Shown in pieces: positions 15,791 to 20,000 of a DNA stretch of 20,000 nucleotides (positions are counted from its first letter, which is position 1; the number at the start of each line of letters is the position of its first letter). The stretch lies in IMG/VR virus record IMGVR_UViG_3300017747_004058; one strand, given 5' to 3'. The stretch is from an uncultured virus (IMG/VR IMGVR_UViG_3300017747_004058) (lineage: Duplodnaviria > Heunggongvirae > Uroviricota > Caudoviricetes). A model generated the notes under the pieces. It saw only the letters and a program-made list of their open reading frames with translations. It was not told where the DNA came from and searched no databases. Both the position numbers and the translations under genes were made by a program.

Positions 15791-16175
15791 CGTCAAGGTT
15801 GCACTGGTCCGTGGTCCACCCCTGCCATGAAAAGCCGTAAAAATTGGCCCATGTCTGCAAGGTGCTGGCGCTGCCTTGTTCGTTTAACTTCTCCTGCACG
15901 TACCGGTATCCGTCATCGGTTAGCGGGTTCTCTAAGAACGTCCCACAGTCGGCGCAGTGCTGCGGCGTGTCAGCCTCTCCGCTGCTGGTGTCCTTTTGCG
16001 GGTAGTCGTCGCTATCTTCGGGCGCGGTCCAATCATGAAGCGGGCAATCTTTTTTGTGATTTCCTGCGACATCTGAGAACCAGTCAGTAGAGCAAGTACA
16101 GGTGGGGTGTATTGCTCTCATGATCTCCTCGGCGCAGTCGTCGCAATACATCTCGGCTTGGTAGGCATAGGGCAT
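15786..16175 (-). CDS. Acidic Cys-rich (zinc-binding) phage hypothetical protein (129 aa)
   Basis: YCDDC, CTC..H..C, HCADCG; AGGAG RBS. Confidence 0.8.
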   Translation of the reverse strand: MPYAYQAEMYCDDCAEEIMRAIHPTCTCSTDWFSDVAGNHKKDCPLHDWTAPEDSDDYPQKDTSSGEADTPQHCADCGTFLENPLTDDGYRYVQEKLNEQGSASTLQTWANFYGFSWQGWTTDQCNLDD

Positions 16176-16177
16176 GG

Positions 16178-16453
16178 TTAATAGTCTCCTTGGGGGTTGG
16201 GGTCTTGGGTGTCTTGGTCCTGGGCGTCTTCAGCTTCGGCCCATGCGATAGCGTTCTGTGCTAGTTCCTGCTCCTTGGCTGCGATCTGACGGGCCAGCGA
16301 ATCGCCACTATAGGCGTATGCTTTGCGGGCGAAATTACGCTGGGCTAGCAGGGCGGTGTACTCGCGCATAAGGCGGGCTCTCACTGAGCGATAGTTTACG
16401 GCGCTGGGGTCGTGGTTTGCTGGTGTGGGGGGCACGGCGTAACGGTCAATCAT
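16178..16453 (-). CDS. Hypothetical protein (91 aa), helical with acidic tail
   Basis: GGGAG RBS; operon packing. Confidence 0.75.
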   Translation of the reverse strand: MIDRYAVPPTPANHDPSAVNYRSVRARLMREYTALLAQRNFARKAYAYSGDSLARQIAAKEQELAQNAIAWAEAEDAQDQDTQDPNPQGDY

Positions 16454-16457
16454 GGCG

Positions 16458-17060
16458 CTAGTACTCCCTTAAGAGTTCGTCAAGGCGGGCCAGCTCTGCC
16501 GGGGTGAATATGTGCGACATTTGGCGGTACTGCGCGTTACAGGCTTCCCAGATTGCGTGGGCTTTCCGTGAGTCGGGCTCATAGCCAAAGTCACCACACC
16601 ACGACTCGTAATCCTCCGGTCGGGTGCGTTCAATGCAGGCGCTAATATCGGTCACGTTGGGGGTTGCCTTGCCTTTTAGGGCGGGCATTGTCCAACTATT
16701 GGCACGGGTTCGATTTGCGCCATGCTTGGCCAATAGCGCGTCCTGGCGGTTGCTCTCTCCCATGCGCGCGTTAATGGAGATAAGCCAATTCCGCTCGGCG
16801 TTGTGCATGCTGTCCCAATACTGGAAGCTTTCACACTTGCTCGTGTTTTGGGTGCGTGTGAGGGTCAATCTATACTCGTCTCCGTGAATGTGGTTCCTGC
16901 GGGGGAATCCCATAAAGGGTTTGCTCTTATCCTCACAAAAGGGCGGGCATGATGGGCCGATGTGCTGGATGTGGCAGACTACGCCGATGGTCTCTAGGTA
17001 GTCTTTCACGGGGTCGGGCTTGGAGGCTGGTTTGTTGTTGCTGGTAGTCATGGGGGTCAT
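16458..17060 (-). CDS. Phage hypothetical protein (200 aa)
   Basis: C-terminal YESWCGDFGYEPDSRKA..IWEAC resembles, from memory, a recurrent phage family of unknown function. Confidence 0.8.
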   Translation of the reverse strand: MTPMTTSNNKPASKPDPVKDYLETIGVVCHIQHIGPSCPPFCEDKSKPFMGFPRRNHIHGDEYRLTLTRTQNTSKCESFQYWDSMHNAERNWLISINARMGESNRQDALLAKHGANRTRANSWTMPALKGKATPNVTDISACIERTRPEDYESWCGDFGYEPDSRKAHAIWEACNAQYRQMSHIFTPAELARLDELLREY

Positions 17061-17069
17061 GGGGTGCGC

Positions 17070-17306
17070 CTATTTAACCCTTAAGAGTCCCATCAATAGC
17101 AGTTCTTCAAGGCCATAAACTTTAGCCTGTCCACATGAGTCGCACACATAGCGGCGGGCGTCGGGCTCCACATAGTCGGCGCTGTCTCCGCATGCCAGAC
17201 AGAATCCCTCATTATCGGGTAGTCCGTTGCGGTCCAGCGTCTTAGCGCTAATCACAGGGCGGAATTGGCTGATGCCTTTCCGGGTGGTGTACTTTTCTTT
17301 GGTCAT
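17070..17306 (-). CDS. Zinc-ribbon phage protein (78 aa), first gene of the leftward operon
   Basis: GFCLACG...VEPDARRYVCDSCG..VYG; AAGGAG RBS. Confidence 0.8.
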   Translation of the reverse strand: MTKEKYTTRKGISQFRPVISAKTLDRNGLPDNEGFCLACGDSADYVEPDARRYVCDSCGQAKVYGLEELLLMGLLRVK

Positions 17307-17324
17307 TGGGTGGCTTGTCTCCTT

Positions 17325-17337
17325 TAAAGAGTCTTTA
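17325..17337. promoter_or_regulatory. Operator family B, perfect copy (TAAAGAGTCTTTA)
   Basis: 6-1-6 dyad abutting the RBS. One-mismatch copies at 3091, 4411, 6804, 10849 and 14072; two-mismatch copy at 12810. Confidence 0.7.
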
Positions 17338-17357
17338 GAAACGGTTCGGGCACTTGG

Positions 17358-17386
17358 GTAGACTGTGCGCTATAGGTGAAAGTTTC
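17358..17386 (-). promoter_or_regulatory. Candidate ECF/sigmaE-type promoter for the leftward operon
   Basis: Minus strand GAAACTT-N16-GTCTAC with an A-rich upstream tract. Confidence 0.45.
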
Positions 17387-17407
17387 AGGGATTTTTAGTT
17401 TATTTTC

Positions 17408-17497
17408 TGAACAGTGTTTATTAACTGTTGGCCTGGCTAAGAACGCTAAACGGTGTTCATAAAAAGATGCCGGCCGTTAGTTTATGAACGGTGTTCA
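17408..17497. repeat. Operator family C: three TRAAC-RGT-GTTYA dyads
   Basis: TGAACAGTGTTTA 17408, TAAACGGTGTTCA 17447, TGAACGGTGTTCA 17485; periods 39 and 38 bp. Confidence 0.8.
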
Positions 17498-17548
17498 GTT
17501 TGTGTGCTTTTGGCTGGTCCTTATACGCATGAGAGAATAGGGGGACGT

Positions 17549-17830
17549 ATGCGAATAGCAGAGGTTGCGGTGTTGCTCTCACGCCATCCTAATCACTTGG
17601 TGCGCTGGGTGCGGGCGCTGCGCATTGGGCATAAACGTTTGAGGCGCAACCATGGGCCAACAGGTCGCCACGCTTGCCTGGACCTCTCACAGGCTGATGT
17701 AGACCTCCTGCGGCGGGCATTAGCAGGTGAGCTGGGGACGTTGGCACAACTAGAGAGACTGTCTACCCTGGCAAACGGGGATCTGGTGCCGTCTGCGCCT
17801 TGGAAGTCTGCGCGGTGGCATGGTCGTTAG
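17549..17830 (+). CDS. MerR/Xis/Nu1-like winged HTH DNA-binding protein (93 aa)
   Basis: Start reassigned to ATG 17549 (AGGGGG RBS). MRIAEVAVLLSRHPNHLVRW...LSQADVDLLRR fits the MerR-like HTH pattern. Confidence 0.65.
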   Translation: MRIAEVAVLLSRHPNHLVRWVRALRIGHKRLRRNHGPTGRHACLDLSQADVDLLRRALAGELGTLAQLERLSTLANGDLVPSAPWKSARWHGR

Positions 17831-18056
17831 TGGTGCACGCTAACAACTGACTGCGTGCAGGTGCCCTGCGGCGTCCGTGCTGTGGGGTCTGCGTGCACTC
17901 CTGGTACGCTGGCCGGGGGGAGGTTTTCCGGACCCCGGCTAAGGTTCCCCCGTGCGGATCGCTGCTTTATATGCCACGCACACTGCTATTTATAGGGGGT
18001 TCTTCTTTTGCCGCCGGCACCCCTTTGCCTTTTCCCACTCCCAGAAAAATAAATAT

Positions 18057-18092
18057 TTGCGCCCGTGGGTTGATTGGTTTAATATAAACCTA
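18057..18092 (+). promoter_or_regulatory. Sigma70-type leaderless promoter overlapped by operator family A, copy 3 (18074-18092)
   Basis: AAAAATAAATAT-TTGCGC-N17-TAATAT-AAACCT-ATG; dyad TTGGTTTA-ATA-TAAACCTA. Confidence 0.65.
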
Positions 18093-18529
18093 TGGCCATT
18101 GGACCCACTGCCGCAAATGACGTGAACGACTCCCAAGATCCCCTACCGCGCGACATTTGCGACCTTGAGACCCCGCATTATGAACAGGAAATTGTCCTAC
18201 GATATAGGACTAAAACCGGCGGGCCTCGTGAGTTGGGTAGCACTGTTATCACGCACAATATGACCATCTCGGACGGGCAAGTGCGGCACTGGGAATACCG
18301 GGCACAGTCTCCGCAGGCATTATGTTCTGTACTGGATCTCATTAGCGTGGAGATCCGGCCGGCATTAGTACTCGCGTGGCGGGTTGAAGGCGCGGGCACT
18401 TTTTACTGGCTGAACCATGACAATTGGACCAGGGACGTTTGGGTGGCGGCGCGGTTTAACCAGGAAGAGGAAATGAAGCCCGTATGTGCGGTGCTGAATC
18501 GGCCGGGGCTGGTGGCAGTAAAGATATGA
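18092..18529 (+). CDS. Hypothetical protein (145 aa), probably leaderless
   Basis: No SD; ATG 6 nt after the -10 box; coupled to the next gene. Confidence 0.65.
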   Translation: MAIGPTAANDVNDSQDPLPRDICDLETPHYEQEIVLRYRTKTGGPRELGSTVITHNMTISDGQVRHWEYRAQSPQALCSVLDLISVEIRPALVLAWRVEGAGTFYWLNHDNWTRDVWVAARFNQEEEMKPVCAVLNRPGLVAVKI

Positions 18530-19059
18530 ACGCTATGGGTACTGCGGGTATGCCAGGACTCGTTTGGAAGCTCACCTTTTCCAGCGGGGCAGTTGAATAC
18601 GTGGAGACTGCCGAGCAGGCGTTACTCATGGTCGCGATAACCGACAATGGCAAGCTAATGAGAGCCCAGCGAATACCGGTCGGCAATATACGCGGGAAAC
18701 GGAACGATCCCAGGCCCCCAGGCGCTACGTGGCTGCTTACTTTTCGGGCTGGCGATGGTCCGGAGGTCGCTGTGACGATCCCGCCAGTTCGGTATGGTGA
18801 GCCTCAGTTGTTCCGGCAAACGCATGAGACGCTTTCGGCCTATCACGTTGGACAAGCCGTTCGCGATTTGGAACAAGCCAAGTTGGCCGCCGAAGGCCGG
18901 GACGCCGAAGCGCTTGAGGAGATTCTGGTCTGGCTCCGGCTTAGTCGGAAATGCCTGAAAGAGCGGCTGGACGCTTGGGCCAAGGCGGAAGCCGAAAAGA
19001 CGGTGCGGACGCATTGGAATGAGCGGATCGCGGCGGAGACCGGGAAGGCCAATGGCTGA
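18526..19059 (+). CDS. Hypothetical protein (177 aa)
   Basis: Start reassigned to the ATGA overlap at 18526. Confidence 0.65.
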   Translation: MNAMGTAGMPGLVWKLTFSSGAVEYVETAEQALLMVAITDNGKLMRAQRIPVGNIRGKRNDPRPPGATWLLTFRAGDGPEVAVTIPPVRYGEPQLFRQTHETLSAYHVGQAVRDLEQAKLAAEGRDAEALEEILVWLRLSRKCLKERLDAWAKAEAEKTVRTHWNERIAAETGKANG

Positions 19060-19231
19060 AATGACGTTTGAGCAAGGCATCGTATCGGCGTTCTGCTGGC
19101 AGAACCGGCTCCAGCCGCCCTGCTGGTCGGAATGCAGTATCAGGACTCACGATGACGCCCGGCGCTGGCTTTTCGAGCTTCGCCGGTGGGGCGTCCGGCC
19201 CGTCACGGAATGGATGGATGGCAATGCTTAA
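19052..19231 (+). CDS. Hypothetical protein (59 aa)
   Basis: MAEMTFEQ...; overlaps the upstream stop; GGAAGG RBS. Confidence 0.55.
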   Translation: MAEMTFEQGIVSAFCWQNRLQPPCWSECSIRTHDDARRWLFELRRWGVRPVTEWMDGNA

Positions 19232-19267
19232 GACCCGCCGCAAGCCGGGCACAAGAAAGGTTTGGCA

Positions 19268-19678
19268 ATGAGAACTTATACGGTCGAGACGATCAGGTCA
19301 GGGCAACCACGCCCCTACGCGGACAGCGAATACGAGTGCCGAATCACCGTGAAGGAGCGGGCCGAATGGGGGCCACAGAAAGGCCAGATGGTGCCCTGGG
19401 TGCTGTACGGGGATGTCGAAGCCCGCATCAAGCAGGAAGAGCAGGACCGCGCCCAGAAGCGGCTCATTGGTGGCGAAATGCCCGATGCGATGCGCAAGCG
19501 CCAAGCTGACTGGGCCAAAACGATCGTCCGCACGCTTTTCCATGAGTTCCGCGAGAAGGATGACGCCGACGGCCGGACGGGAATGGCGGCCTACTTCTAC
19601 CCGACGCTCAAGTGGCTTCGGATCGATGCTACCAACGGACAGATTACGGCGTTCATCGTTGCGCCGTACACCGACTAA
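19268..19678 (+). CDS. Hypothetical protein (136 aa)
   Basis: ATG 19268 with GAAAGG RBS. Confidence 0.75.
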   Translation: MRTYTVETIRSGQPRPYADSEYECRITVKERAEWGPQKGQMVPWVLYGDVEARIKQEEQDRAQKRLIGGEMPDAMRKRQADWAKTIVRTLFHEFREKDDADGRTGMAAYFYPTLKWLRIDATNGQITAFIVAPYTD

Positions 19679-19881
19679 TGACCCGCCGCCTGACCCGCCG
19701 GAAACTGCTGGCCATCGAGACGGCCCTGGAAGTGTGCGAGCGCATGGGAAGCCGGAACTTCCGGTTCGCCGCCGAAAGCCTGCCGGAACCGTCGCCCACA
19801 CGGCTGCGCGACGTGACGGACGCGCTGGTGTGGGCACGCCAGGAGTTCGACGCCCGAGAGCAGGACCGGGAAGCAAATTGA
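19678..19881 (+). CDS. Hypothetical protein (67 aa)
   Basis: TAATG coupling; MTRRLTRRKLLAIE... Confidence 0.65.
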   Translation: MTRRLTRRKLLAIETALEVCERMGSRNFRFAAESLPEPSPTRLRDVTDALVWARQEFDAREQDREAN

Positions 19882-20000
19882 CTTTAGCCCCACGCGACCG
19901 CCGGATTCGTCATGCCTGAGTGGTTCGGTGAAGCAATCGCGGTAAAGGCTAAACAGGGGCGGCCCACCAGCCGCCCCGCTGTAAGAAGGAGATGACCATG

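Noticed and set aside
17408..17497. CRISPR mini-array or LexA box
   Set aside because: Repeats are only 13 bp with 25-26-bp gaps, and GAAC-N3-GTTC does not match the GAAC-N4-GTTC LexA box.
1..20000. tRNA, rRNA, integrase, transposase, reverse transcriptase or stop-codon recoding
   Set aside because: None recognised; genes pack normally with TAA, TAG and TGA all used as stops.

Overview
The window looks like part of a bacteriophage or prophage genome, with no structural, lysis or integrase genes in view. 1-10755 is a leftward DNA-metabolism block: a PD-(D/E)xK exonuclease cut by the window edge, a probable SSB, a DinG/XPD Fe-S helicase, an MCM-like AAA+ ATPase, a ParB/KorB-type protein with no ParA in the window, a UvrD-type helicase and small ORFs. 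10756-11400 is non-coding and carries a long inverted repeat (origin candidate). A rightward zinc-module gene follows. 12197-17306 is a leftward operon of small 'early/host-takeover'-type ORFs. After a divergent control region come a MerR-like HTH gene and a rightward operon of hypotheticals. The most notable signals are non-coding. (1) A type I hammerhead ribozyme with a perfect core (12798-12863, minus) lies between two genes, and its CUGA contains the upstream stop codon. (2) Three long intergenic hairpins, two of them clearly related, lie in the same operon, which suggests the mRNA is cut into segments. (3) There are three separate palindrome families: a dispersed 13-bp TAAAGA(G/C)TCTTTA with KorB-operator architecture, a 19-bp TAGGTTTA-N3-TAAACCTA on three promoters (two apparently leaderless), and a triple TRAAC-RGT-GTTYA array at the divergent switch. 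All calls come from reading motifs by eye; no searches were run.
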